From Carcharhinus amblyrhynchos (taxonomy: Eukaryota): a DNA stretch of 64,000 bases. Below the pieces are notes generated by a model. It saw only the letters and a program-made list of their open reading frames with translations. It was not told the DNA's origin and searched no databases. Positions 38,447-50,493 of this stretch are shown here, piece by piece. Position numbers and translations under genes: made by a program. The DNA lies in contig OZ336882.1 of assembly GCA_965287045.1 (NCBI GenBank), forward strand, positions 48,794,001-48,858,000, read 5' to 3'. Within the stretch, counting starts at the first letter, position 1. Every line of letters starts with the position of its first letter.

Positions 38447-39290
38447 GGGGCGATTTGCTTTAGTAGTGGAGCAGCCTGGTAGTCTCAAGCGAAGTTCGTT
38501 TCGGGAGCTCCCCATTGGGCATCACTCTATGAGTCTCCAGCACCATCAGCTCTGAGCCAGAAATTGGCAGGGTGCTACATAATTTATTCAAATTAGAACT
38601 GACATCTCATTAGCAGGCCTGGGACTGAAATCTCCGAGCCCCATAACCTCTTCCCACCCTCGCCAGGAGTTTTTCACTCCAGTGGGGTTTACAACACTCC
38701 CCACTTGCAGGGAGATGGTGGCCTGAATCCCTCTGAAGTGAAGTGAAGCCACAGAGGCCCCTCAGGAAGTTGGGCATATATAGGGGTGACTCCTGGGCAT
38801 TGCCAGTCTGGCAGTACCAACCTGGCCCCCTGGAATTGCCCTAAGGGCCAAATGGCAATGCCCAGGGGCCATCTTGGCACTGTCCACCAGGCATGTGGTG
38901 GTGAGAAGGGAGCAGGGCCAGTGGGGGGGGGTGCAGGGTCTATTGGAGCACAGGGCCTCTGGGGGGATCGATAAGGGTGGGAAGTCCTGTTGCCATGCTG
39001 AAAGAGGGAGGTGATAGAAGGAGGGAGGCCAGCAATTGAGGCTGGCCTTCGGCATGGGGGAGTGGGTCCGGCTTGCTGTGGGGGGGGTGGGGGTGGTCAG
39101 GGCTGTGGGGGGGTGGGAGGGTGGGTCGGGACTGTGATGGGGATCTGCAGGGGCTGCAGGTGAGGGGGATGGAGATTGGCACTGCTGGAGGTGGTGGGTG
39201 GGAGGAGAGATCAAGGCAGATCAGGGTGGTGGAGGGAGGGGGAGGGGTCAGGGCTGACATCTTAAAGGGGCCAAGGTACACTTAGGGTAG
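38447..39290. mobile_element. GC-rich dispersed repeat with G-rich tract
   Basis: Shares motifs with 12750-13566; G-run clusters at 39055-39255. Confidence 0.4.
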
Positions 39291-40104
39291 ATGATACACT
39301 CATGGCATTATCGCTTGACTACTAATCCAGAAACTTGTCTAGTGCTCTGGGGATCCCTGTTCGAATCCCGCCACAGCAGATGGGGCAATTTGAATTCAAT
39401 ATTAAGAAAATCTGGAATTAAAAATCTATTGATGACCATGAAAACTAAAGCTTTCCCAACAGGAAATATCAAATGAACAATAAGTAACACACTAATTCAA
39501 CATATCTTTGGTATGCAGATTGAAAAGCAAAATGAAATGAATCAAAACTATTCATCAAGGGAAGCAATGGGGTTCACAAGATATTCTATAAGGTGGATAG
39601 CTTCTCCACTGTCAATCTTCTATTTCCATTTATGTCACAGGCAGTTGGAATGCCTATGTGCAATTCTTTGGCATTTGCTTTTGGTTGCACAGATCCTCCT
39701 CCAGCACTTGCTTTTAGGTGACAATTCCAAGACCAGCTGGTAAACAGGAGGTCCCAGGCTGAAGGTGACATATCAAAAGCTTCTTTAGCTCATTATTAAC
39801 AGGTATATCTCAGTTTACTCATGCTTGATTGTATGCCTTGAGAATTATTTCTTCTCTTCAGAGAGGTGGAAATGTGTGAGGACAGGTAGCCAACTGTTGG
39901 TCTTTCAGTCAGTGCTCCTGTGGTGATTGTCAGTGGAGTTCAGTTGTGTGCTAGCAAAACATGTACATGGTCTCCCTATCCCTATCAGTGTACAACATTC
40001 AACTACTGATAAAACAAAAAAAACCCATCAGGATGGAATATCTTCATAAACTAGGTCCAGTTAACTTGTGGATTAAGTCAAATAAATCATGTAGAATCAA
40101 TCAT

Positions 40105-40388
40105 TATTGAGTCCCTACAATGTAGAAGGAAGGAATTTGGCCCTTTGAGTCTGCACTGACTATCTGATAGAGTATCCTACCCAGATCATCTCCCCAATCC
40201 TATCCCCGTAAACCCACACATTTACCATGGCCAATCCACTGAACACACACCTCAGCAGACTGTTGGAGGAAAGCAGAGGACCCAAAGGAAACCCAGACAG
40301 ACACAGGGAGAACTCCACACAGTCACCCAAGACCAGAATTGAACCAGGTCCCTGGCGCTGTGAGGCAGCAGTGCTAACCACTGTGCCG
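40105..40388 (-). mobile_element. HE1-like V-SINE with internal deletions
   Basis: tRNA head cggcacagtggttagcactgctgcctcacagcgccagggacc on minus. Confidence 0.85.
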
Positions 40389-40537
40389 AACTACGGGAAC
40401 GTGTGTAACTTAGGAACAAAAACTAATCTTTGTTTTGGCTGCAGCTTTCATCAGATGTTAAGAGTTTGTGAGACGATGATCCAAAAGCATCCCAAGATAA
40501 TTTAGGAATTCTGATGCATACTTACAGTATCACAAAA

Positions 40538-40835
40538 AAGTTTATTTATTAGTATCACAAGTAGGCTTACATTAACACTGCAACTAAATTACTGTGAAAA
40601 TCCCCTACTTGCCACACTCCAGTGCCTGTTCGAGTGCACTGAGAGAGAATTTAGCATGGCCAACGCATTTAACTGGCTCATCTTTTGGACTGTGGGAAGA
40701 AACTGGAGCACCAGGAAGAAACCCACGCAGACACGGAGAGGAGGTGCAGACACCGCACGGACAGTGACCTAAGGTGGGAATCGGATTTAGGTCCTTGGCG
40801 CTGTGAGGCAGCAGTGCTAACCACTGTGCCATTGT
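40538..40835 (-). mobile_element. V-SINE type B
   Basis: Head, V-domain and tail gtaagcctacttgtgatactaataaataaactt on minus. Confidence 0.9.
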
Positions 40836-41968
40836 GTGGTTGATTTTTTACATGGCCTTTATTCAAACAAAAATGGAGATGAGAATTTTCTGAGGATTGA
40901 GCCAACCTGCCACAGTTTATAATTGTCCTGGAATATTTTCAAGTCTTCTGCAAGGTGTGTTTCTCTTAGGTAAAAGTTCTCACTTGCATGGCTGCACAAG
41001 GTCATCTGAATACCCAGATTTCTGCAACTGGACCATATTAATAATTGAGAAGCTCAAGAGTGAGTCGATCAGTCTGTGTGAATTGATTCATTGGCCAAGA
41101 TCTATATTTTATTTCTTCAACAGTGAAAAATAATGGATTGTAAAATATATTAAACGTGGATCCATATTATTCAGGGTACAATGTTAATTGTATAAATATT
41201 GTACTTGGTTGTAGCTTTCCTCACTTGTGTGCTGTAAATATGTATTGGCTTTGAACATGTCTGATAATTAAATGATCGCCTAACTGAGGAAATAGCACTG
41301 GACCTTTGCAGCAGTCAACTATATGGTACAGCTCCAGGCTCTCAACCTGTAACTAAACCTTCTGAGCTTGCATCAAGGTTTTACGTAAATTCAATCGGAC
41401 AGACCTCCACTTTCAAGATCGGATTTCGATCGCCTACCACCACCCCTGTGCCCCCAATACCCTGCCCTAGAGCAAAACAGAAATTAATTGCTTGCCGTTA
41501 GCGATATTCCCAGGATTTGTGATTAAAATGTAAATCTTTCATAATTCTTCAAAACATGCATATTCCAGAGTAGAATAGTTTTTTTTCATAATTATAACTA
41601 GCAAAGCTAGTTTGATTTGCTGCATGAGAGACCTGGCTGCTAACAAAATCTCATTCTCAGGGATTAAGCACTTCAAAGTCACATGTCCGTGTAAGTGGCT
41701 CATTAATTACTCTGAGAAATAAATGTTCCTCCTCTTTCTTTTATTTGTGGAGCAATATCAGACCCGAGTAACTTGGTCAGAAGAAATTAGCCTTGATCTT
41801 GGTTTCAGAAAAAAATTTTTGATATAAAAGAAGCAGCAGAGGACAAGTGTTACTCTTGCCAAATGAATTAAACTTGGACTGGAAACGACTGAATGAAATT
41901 ATTGGAGTTTAAGAAGACGTAGGGACAGGCTTGTTAACTATATGTTCTGCTGTATGAGAGATTCAATG

Positions 41969-42317
41969 TTGATTTGATTTGATTTATTATTGTCACATGT
42001 ATTAGTATATAGTGAAAAGTATTGTTTCTTGCGCGCTATAAAGAAGATCATACCATTCATAGGGAAGGAAAGAAGAGAGTGCAGAATGTAGTGTTACTGT
42101 TATAGCCAAGGAGTAAAGGAAGATTAACTTTTGTAAAGTAGGTACCTTCAAAACTCTGATGGCAGCAGGGAAGAAACTATTCTTGTGTCCGTTGGTACGT
42201 GACCTGAGTTTTGTATCTTTTTCCCAATGGAAGAAGGTGGAAGACAGAATGCCCGGGTGCATGGGGTCCTTAATTATGCTGGCTGCTTTGCCAAGGCAGT
42301 GTGAAGTGTAGACAGAT
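41969..42317 (-). mobile_element. Rex1/Babar-type LINE 3' end
   Basis: YTSHCLGKAASIIKDPMHPG...RSRTNGHKNSFFPAAIRVL and (aaatc)n tail. Confidence 0.85.
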
Positions 42318-42324
42318 TTCCAGG

Positions 42325-42730
42325 CACCTGGCAGACTGCGGATGTAAGAGCTATGACAATGCTCAAGGAACCATGTAAAAACATGTAGGATGTACTTTTG
42401 ATGGTTACACACTAAATGCATGTTGATGGAATGGAAGCCCTTTTTGTTGATGAACAGCAAGGTCTGCTGCCGGGGACCCAGAGAGCCTCATGAGTACAGT
42501 CTATTGCTCTGTGCATGGTTGTGAATCTTGGAAAGACCTAAAGGCAAAGAGATTGAGTGCTGCTGTCACCTCAAGGGTCAGTGGCAGTGGGAAACCTCCA
42601 AACACTGATGGTGTCAGATTTTCTCGGAGCATGTGACATATATGGTGGACTAGATCTCTGGAGAATTGCAGCCTTCCCCTGCTCTGACTCTCACTCGTTC
42701 GCAGAAAGGAGACTGGTGGACAATAGACCC
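42325..42730 (-). mobile_element. PIF/Harbinger (HARBI1-like) transposase remnant
   Basis: ICHMLRENLTPSVFGGFPLPLTLEVTAALNLFAFRSFQ and FINKKGFHSINMHLVCNH..ILHVFTWFLEHCHSSYI match the Harbinger NRKGFHSINVQ..PGSxHDS pattern; internally deleted and decayed. Confidence 0.82.
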
Positions 42731-44439
42731 TTGCTGATTTGAACCATTCCCGTTGTTTAGGCCTCTGCTCCTCAGCCTCTTGACCCCCTGGCTATGTCTC
42801 CCAGGCAGGTCTGCTGGAGCTGTGTGCACTGACATTTTCCCTTCTCCACCTGCTGCATCGAATGAGGATTCACAGAAAACCTCTCTGGATCACTGGATCA
42901 ATTCTCACTTTTGCTTCCTCTCTGAGTAGAGATATTGAAGATCAGAATGTTTAAAGTGTTCTGAAAAGAAAAATGTGAGCAAGAGACTTATTGCATAGAT
43001 TGGACAACCAAGCTGTGGCAACCCAGATTACATTGTTCCCCGTGGTGCCTTATTCCTGTGACTCTAACACACACATAGAGGTGAGCAGCATTCCATTCCA
43101 CGGATGTGACATCTGGAGTATTATAGAGGTGAAAACATGAGAAATTGATTATTAAACCAATGTAGCTGTGAACTCCACTCATTAACTTGGCACAGCCATG
43201 AACTTTTGGTTTCTCAAGGTGAATGATGGAATCCGCTTGGTCACTGATGAATGGCCTTAATCGTTAGCCCATGATTCCCCTTCACTGATGGGATAGCTGG
43301 GTTGATGCCCCCTTCACTGTAACCTTCACTGTACAAGGCTGCATTTCTATTTTCCACTATGTAGCTTTTCCAAATTTGACAGGAAGTTATTGAGCTGTGC
43401 CTGTCCCTATCAATGTGTGAAATGGGAAATCTAGCTTGCTCTTGCTTCCTAGGCAACAGACACTGAGTCTTGTGTATCTGACTTGGACCTTGTCCATTAT
43501 AGCAGCACAAACTATTGAGTATGTATCCTGAGAATGATCCCCAGAGGCAAGCTTAGTGGTCCTCCCACATATCATCATACCCCTCCCAGACAAAACCGAT
43601 CTTACTTTTGATTTTGGAAGACTCCATTTTAACTGAATGTCAAGATGGTGGTGCTGCTGCACCTTTATTACAGGGCAGCATTCAACTTTCCCTCTTTCAC
43701 TTTCTGCGTAGCTCTGATTTATCAGGAGCTTCATGATGTGCAGGTGGAGATGCTGCCTGTTATTTTGCTGCCTCTCCCCACCCTGTTGTTGTGGTGGTGG
43801 ACATTGACATCCCCCCCCACCAAGCCCATGAGAACCTGTGAGGTTCTCATGCTTCATATGGCTTGTACCCACATCCCCTGGAAGATATGCGCACCTCCAC
43901 TTGCACCCCGTAATGAGAGTTTCACATAAGCCCCCATCCCCATATTTTGCGTTCCTATCTAAAGGCTGCAGATGCTCCTGTGACTATCACCATTACCTGA
44001 GCCAAGTGCCGAACCCACCACACTCTGGGACATTGATGGAAAGGGTGGCCCTGCACATTAAGCTGTGCATTTCCTGTGGAGCACACAGCCCTTGCAGCTG
44101 GGGAACACCATCCTTCCAATGATTGCCCCTGCTGCATGGCCATTGTTCTTCCACACTAACTCCTTTCTCTGATTTCAGACTAAAGTTCACAAAACCTTTG
44201 GATTGCCTGTCATCTATAACTCATTTCCGTTTTGCAGCAGGAATGCCTTCACTCTCTCAGCCTGCCTACCAGCCAGCCCCAAACTTAAATGGGAGTCTTG
44301 ACCTAGGTCCCATTCAAAAAAGAGGACTATAGACAACAGTGAACTTCACAAAGCATTGCAGGCCTGACTTGTTTCGCAAACCATCACTAATGTGCCACAC
44401 TAGCAAGCACCCAATCTGTAATCTGCAGACTGGAACATC

Positions 44440-45192
44440 CACATTGAATGGGTGTAAATTGAGAGAGGTGGATACTCAGCAAGACCTTAATGTCCTAGTG
44501 CATCAGTCACTCTAAGTAAGTGCTCAGGTACAGCAGGCAATAAAGAAGGCAAATGGTGTGTTGGCCTTCATAGCGAGAGGATTTGAGTGTAGGAATAGGG
44601 ATGTTTTGCTGCAATTGCATAGGGCATTGGTGATGCCACACCTCACCAATAGAATATTATGTGGAGTTTTGTGTTCTTCTCTGAGGAAATATGTCCTTGC
44701 TGTAGAGGTAGTACAGCAAAGATTTAGAAAGTTCCTGGGATGACAGGTCTGTTATATGAGGAGAGATTAAGTTCATTAGGATTATATTCACTGGAGTTCA
44801 GAGGAGTGAGAGACGAACTCATAGAAACTTATAAAATTCTAACAGGTTTAGACAAGGTAGATTTAGAAAGAATGTTCCCAATGGTGGGGGAGTCCAGAAC
44901 TAGGGGGTCATAGTTTGAGGATAAGGGGTAATCCTTTTAGAACTGAGGTGAGGAGAAATTTCTTCACCCTGAGAGTGGTAAATGTGTGGAATTCACTGCC
45001 ACACAGAGTAGTTGAGACCAAAACGTCTGATTTTAAGAAGAAATTAGATATAGATCTTGGGGTTAAAGGGATCAAGGGAAATGGATGAAAGGGAGGATCA
45101 GGATGTTGAATTTGATGATCAGCCATGATCAAAATGAATGACGAAAGAGGCTCGAAGGCCCGAATGGCCTACTCCTCCTTCTAGTTTCTATG
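44440..45192 (+). mobile_element. CR1 LINE 3' end
   Basis: LAFIARGFECRNRDVLLQLHRALVMPHL...; tail gaatggcctactcctccttctagtttctatgttt. Confidence 0.92.
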
Positions 45193-45814
45193 TTTCCCCT
45201 TCCTGTAATGTGCTATCCTTTAGATTCCCTTGTTTGTTTTTGTTTTACATTGTCTTGTCAGGCTCCAGCCTCCCTTTCCTCAGAATTCCCTGAGTCTTCT
45301 ATTATATGTTCTCTTCATCTATCTCCTTATTCTTCAACCTTGCCCTGCCCCTACTCTTTGCACAGCCTTCCTTCCACATTATTCCCACTATTTTCATTAG
45401 GCCCCACCTTCCACTTCACCCCCAGTCAAACTCCAGACTTTTGTTGCGGTGGCTGCATGAGTTCTGCAGCATATTGCTGTCCAGATAGAAACTGGTGTGT
45501 GGCACCAGGGGGGAGGAGAGTCCTGTACCCCTAAATGTAGGTGCAGTACTGACCCGACTCGGTGACACAGGTGGATTCATGGGTCCAGCAGCACGGGACT
45601 GCCCATGAAAGTCAGCTTGATGTGGAGATGGTAGGCAGGAATCGGTCTGTCCAGGTTGAGTGGTGAACAGCAGCACAACAGAAGGGTTTTGTTGCATTCA
45701 CCTCAACGTTTCTAGTGAATTGAGGATTGAGTTTGCACACCACCCTTTATCAATTGGGTTTCAAATCAACAAAATGTGAGAAGCAAGATTGAAAGGCCTG
45801 ACGGGATGCTGGTG

Positions 45815-45986
45815 AACACAGTAAGAAGTCTCACAACACCAGGTTAAAGTCCAACCAATTTATTTGATAGTAAACTCACAAGCTTTCAGGGTTTGCCCCT
45901 TCGTCAGGTCCTTGGTTGGACTTTAACCTGGTGCTGTGAGACTTCTTACTGTGTTTACCCCAGTCCAATGCCGGCATCTCCACATC
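45815..45986 (+). mobile_element. Penelope-like element (family of 4035-4315) with hammerhead motif in the inverted arm
   Basis: Minus 45877-45910: gacCTGACGAaggggcaaaccctGAAAgcTTgtg; TSD cggg(a/g)tgctggtg at 45802 and 45987. Confidence 0.8.
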
Positions 45987-46934
45987 CGGGGTGCTGGTGG
46001 GCAAGTGTTCTAATGAACATTCATGGGATGTAAATAAATGCAAATGACATTCATGCCACCAGCCAGTGGGGAGACAGACGCACCATTAACCCGCAATGGG
46101 GAGAATTGCAATGAGATTTTACACCCGGCTGTTTCCTGCTTTTTTAGCTCCCACTAAATTCTCCGCGCTTATCTGCCTCCAAACCACCCAAAGACAGGAT
46201 GGGAGAATTCTGATCTAGACATCTTACTGGTTCTCTATATGGGACATACTGGGTTGGTAAGCATGAAAGGGGCATGGAGGTGGCATAGAGGGGTATGGAA
46301 GGGGTATCGGAAGTGAATGGGTTGAAGGACACGAAGGCCTAACAGCTTTTAAAAGAGCTGGGACAAAGTTCATGCAAGCTTTCTAAACAGCCTGCCTTGA
46401 CACTCGCCTACCCCTGTGGCTATGTCTGATTTGCTTCCAGAGTCAGCAGGAAATTTCCTGCCTTGAGCTACCTACCATGGCAGTGAAAATCCACCCCTGC
46501 AGAGGGAGCCTGTGGGAACTGTTAGATAACAAATCTCTATCAATGATTTCATAAGAAATGAAACATGACAGCAGCTTGATGAATTTTGCTCAGTTATTGT
46601 TACTTGGGGTTTTATCCATTACGGTAAATGAGACAACTGTGTGAATGGGCATAGAGTGGCCCTAGCAATGTACTGTATACTGACGCACATAATATATACA
46701 TATATATTGGTATTAAAAGGATTGGGGCAGCATGAATAGGAAGTTGGCTAAAGGACAAAGGTATGACCAGAAGAAAGGTGCAAGAACTTCCCCCTTTTTC
46801 CCACTCCTTGATTCATTGAAATCTGAAAGAGTGAATGTGCCAATTCAGTGAATGTGCTTAACTGTTTGTGTGCTGATTACAAGAAATCTGTCAGAGTGTT
46901 TTTCTTGGTCAAGATTTTACAGCCTCTTTCATGG

Positions 46935-47115
46935 GGCGGGTTAGGCTGATTGGCCATGCTAAATTTTCCCTTCGTGTCCCAGGACGTGTAGGTCAGAGGG
47001 ATTAGCAGGGTAAATGTGCAGGGTAGGGCCTGGGGTGGGATTGTTGTTGGTACAGACTTGATGGGCTGAATGGCCTCCTTCTGCGCTGTAGGGTTTCTAT
47101 GGTTCTATGATTCTA
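46935..47115 (+). mobile_element. HE1-like SINE 3' half
   Basis: ggttaggctgattggccatgctaaatt...gaatggcctccttctgcgctgtagggtttctatggttctatgattcta. Confidence 0.85.
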
Positions 47116-47959
47116 GCCCCGTTGAATTAAATGGCAATTTAAATGATCGATTATCTGCTCGACTCACATCAGTGCCGAAAACCTCTGTCCTCTTCCGCAA
47201 TTGGGATTCTCCAGTGCCACTAAAAGTGAATGGAGTTTTGGCTGGAATGCGAAATTCTACATGCCCTTAAGCAGCAGGGTGGGCAACAGCTGGGAGCAGG
47301 TGAGTCACACTGTGGTGGAGCCCCTAAAACTCTGGCACTTCAGTCTAAACAAGTAAGGGGTTAGATTTTATTTTGTGAAAAAGCCCGCCCAGGTAAACAT
47401 ACTAAAATAATAAATAAGATAAACACACGCCAAAACTGTAATCCTTGAGAGAGAGAGAGAGAGATGAACAACCTTTTTTTTATTAAACGGGAGCTGTCCA
47501 TTCCTGCCTTCTTGCCCAGGTCAACCATATTAATGCACGGGTATTGTATTAGATCAATTGGCTTGTTAAGCTACTTGATTTACTTACATGGAGCAAGCAG
47601 ATGGTCTACCAATCTTGGTGCATGACCACCTACCATATAATGGAGGTGATCTTGGGGACTGGGTGGTTGGTGGGCTGGGCCGGCAAGGACATGTAAAATC
47701 CAGCCCATTCTCTTGGTTTCAGCAGTTGGCTTTATTTAGCAATCTCCTGGGGCAGGATTCTCCAAACTCATCTATGCCTGCCCCTGCTGCAAGTGGGGCT
47801 GGAGAATTTGGCGTCCCAGCCAAAGTTTCACTCACTTTCGGCAGCACCAGCATGCTCCTGACATGAAAGAGGAGAGTAGTTTTCAGCACAGATATGAGCC
47901 CAGCAGATAATAGATTTAAAACTGAGACAAGGAGAAACTATTACTATTATTCTACATTT

Positions 47960-48182
47960 GCAGAGGGTGGTGAATTTGTGGAACTTGCTGCCCCATAGAG
48001 CGGTGGAGTCTGATTCATTAACTGGTTTAAATAAGGAGATAGGTACATTTCTGATTTTAAAAATAGATATGGGGAACAGGTGGGAGGTGGATTTGAGATC
48101 AGGAAGAAAGAATCCATGATCTGATTGAATGAATGGGTGGACCTGAAGGGCTGACTTACCTACTCCTGCTCCTAATTCTTTC
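47960..48182 (+). mobile_element. CR1 3' tail
   Basis: cagagggtggtgaatttgtggaac (QRVVNLWN) plus 3' UTR. Confidence 0.8.
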
Positions 48183-48384
48183 TTTGCTCTGAAGTTGACA
48201 TTTAACATTTGACATCAATGCCAGGAAACAGAGAATAGCAGTGAGTGATTTTGATTTAAAGACAGAAAAGATGTAAACTTGTGACCCTCAGCAATCAATA
48301 TTGGAACTGTTCTGAGATGTAACTCATATATACGTCATATGAAATCTAATGTGTAGCTGTCAAGCACAGTTGAATATTTCAATA

Positions 48385-49075
48385 CGAATGTGATTTCAAA
48401 TCCCACTGGGGCAGTTTGAGCATTTCAATCCAATTAAAATAAACAAGTCTGGGATAGAAGCTGGTACTGTCATCAGTAACGTAACCATTAAGTTGTTATA
48501 GATTGTCATGAAAACCCAACGGATTTGTCAATGTTCTTTACAAAAGCAAGTCTGCTGTCTGTACCGGAACTGACTGACATGTGGAACGGGATTTTACGGC
48601 CTTGCTCAGGCGAGGGCAGAAATTTCCACCCGAGGTCAATGGAGACTTCCACTGTCAGACCCTCACCTCTCCCGAGGTGGTAGAATTCCGGTCTAGACTT
48701 CAGTCCAGCATCTATGTGGGGCAGGATTTTCCATACCCTCTGTGGTGTTTTTCATGGCGGAAGATAGTACGCTGCTTGCCTGTGGCGGGATCTTATGGTC
48801 CCACCATTGTCAGCAGGGATTCCTTTTGAACACATCCCTTGTTGCCAGGAAACCCACAGCAGGGGTGCGCCATCAGCAGGATTGTAAGCTCCTGCCGGCT
48901 TAAACACCAGAAACATTTTGGCAGTGGTTGACTCTTAAGTGTCCTCTTAAGCAACCTCATAAACTACTTACTTACATGAACCTTCTCAGAATAAAGGTCC
49001 ACCACTGTTACCATCTCAAGTTTGGGATCGGAAATAAATGTTGGCTTTGGCAGTGAAGTCCACATGCCAAGAACT
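48385..49075 (+). mobile_element. Non-V SINE interrupted by two MITEs (48584-48693 and 48718-48922)
   Basis: SINE core resumes after each MITE (agacttcag..; gtggttgactcttaa); MITE ends gggattttac / gtagaattccgg. Confidence 0.6.
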
Positions 49076-49639
49076 AATTTAAAAGTTGTTCCTTTTGGCA
49101 GGAGGAATAACAAAATGAAAATAAACTATTTTTAAAAGCAGTAGAGTAGCAGAAAGGGTTAAGGGTTCAGTTACACAAATCTTTCAATGAGGAACATTGC
49201 TCAAACTTTATAAATATTTGATCAGATTCCAAAGCATAACAGTGAACTGTTTAGATTGCAGTTAAAATATTGTGAGCAACTTTTGGAAAATCGTCAAGGT
49301 CGTTGAAGAGCTGCAGAAGAGATGAATTAATATTCCACTGGGAATGAGAGGTTACTGGTTGTTTAACTTGGAGTGAGCCCAGGGTTTGAACCTCCTTCAC
49401 ACCACTTTGGCTTGTCGGTTATATTACAACTGAAAATCTCTGCTGCTCTTCCAATAGCACTGTAGGATCCCTTATGTCCTCCAGAGCAGCAGCGAGGGTT
49501 CTGCATCTAATAGCTTCTCTCATACAGAGTGGCACAGCAGCAAAAATAATGAATCAGATATCCATGAATTGTGTATCAAGTGTAACTGCAGATTTCCTCT
49601 AAGGATAGTGTTCAATTATGTACTGCAGAGTCTGATTAG

Positions 49640-50030
49640 GAGCTCTGCAGCCAAAGTAAGGAGAACAAACAGTAGCTGGATGCCTCAGAAACATTCTTTC
49701 TCTGCTTCAGGAAGGCAATTATTTTAGTCTCTCTCCAAATGGATGGAATTTTACTTGTTGACAATACCTCGGGGAAGCAGGACGTGGCCAACCCCTTCTT
49801 CAGCTTGGGTTCCACGACTTTTAAGAACTTCCATGTAAATACTGGCTAAATCAGCATCTTTGGTGGTTGGCAGGGTTGCATTTAATTCATCCAAGGTGAA
49901 TTTATCAGACATGGTTGCTGATCCTGGTGCAACAATCATGTTTGTTGCAGCCTTTAATGTTTATATGAAGTGGAATGCAATGAGATCCATTTTGATGGTT
50001 GGTGTGTGTTCTTCAATAGGGTTTGCCTGC
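49640..50030 (-). mobile_element. Ingi/Vingi-like non-LTR reverse transcriptase remnant
   Basis: FTLDELNATL..DLASIYMEVLKSRG, then after a frameshift KIPSIWRETKIIAFLKQRK..SSYCLFSLL (IPxxWR..IA.LKPGK..YRPISLL pattern). Confidence 0.55.
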
Positions 50031-50229
50031 CAAGTTAATCCCGGTGGACATGCTAGTTAATAAAATATATTTTGCTTATAGACTATAGATGCTGATCAGT
50101 ACCGAAGTTAGTGCACTGATGAGTAGGTAACACCCTGGTGGCCTGATACCCAGAAGTTGGATGGATCTGGGTTCATGCTTTCTTGCTGGTATGAGTGAAG
50201 TTAGCTTTTGCCACATTACTTATCCAAGT

Positions 50230-50493
50230 CACGGTGGCACAGTGATTAGCACTGTTGCTTCACAATGCCGGGGACCTGGATAAAATTCCTGGCTTGGGTC
50301 ACTGTCTGTGTGGCGTTTGCACATTCTCCCCTTGTCTGCGTGGGTTTCCTCCGCGTGCTCCAGTTTCCTCCCACAGTCTGAAAGATATGTTGGTTTGGTT
50401 CATTGACCCAAACAGGTGGTGACTAGGAGAATTTCACAGTAACTTCATTGCAGTGTTAATGTAAGCCTTACTTGTGACGAATAAATAAACTTT
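50230..50493 (+). mobile_element. V-SINE type B
   Basis: cacggtggcacagtgattagcactg head, V-domain, tail tacttgtgacgaataaataaacttt. Confidence 0.9.

Noticed and set aside
42002-42460. 152-aa ORF suggesting a transposase fusion gene
   Set aside because: Chance in-frame join of a decayed Harbinger fragment and a Rex1/Babar 3' end; the HD motif is lost.
43387-44332. Cluster of 60-160-aa ORFs next to the Harbinger remnant
   Set aside because: No recognisable domain; probably decayed transposon interior.
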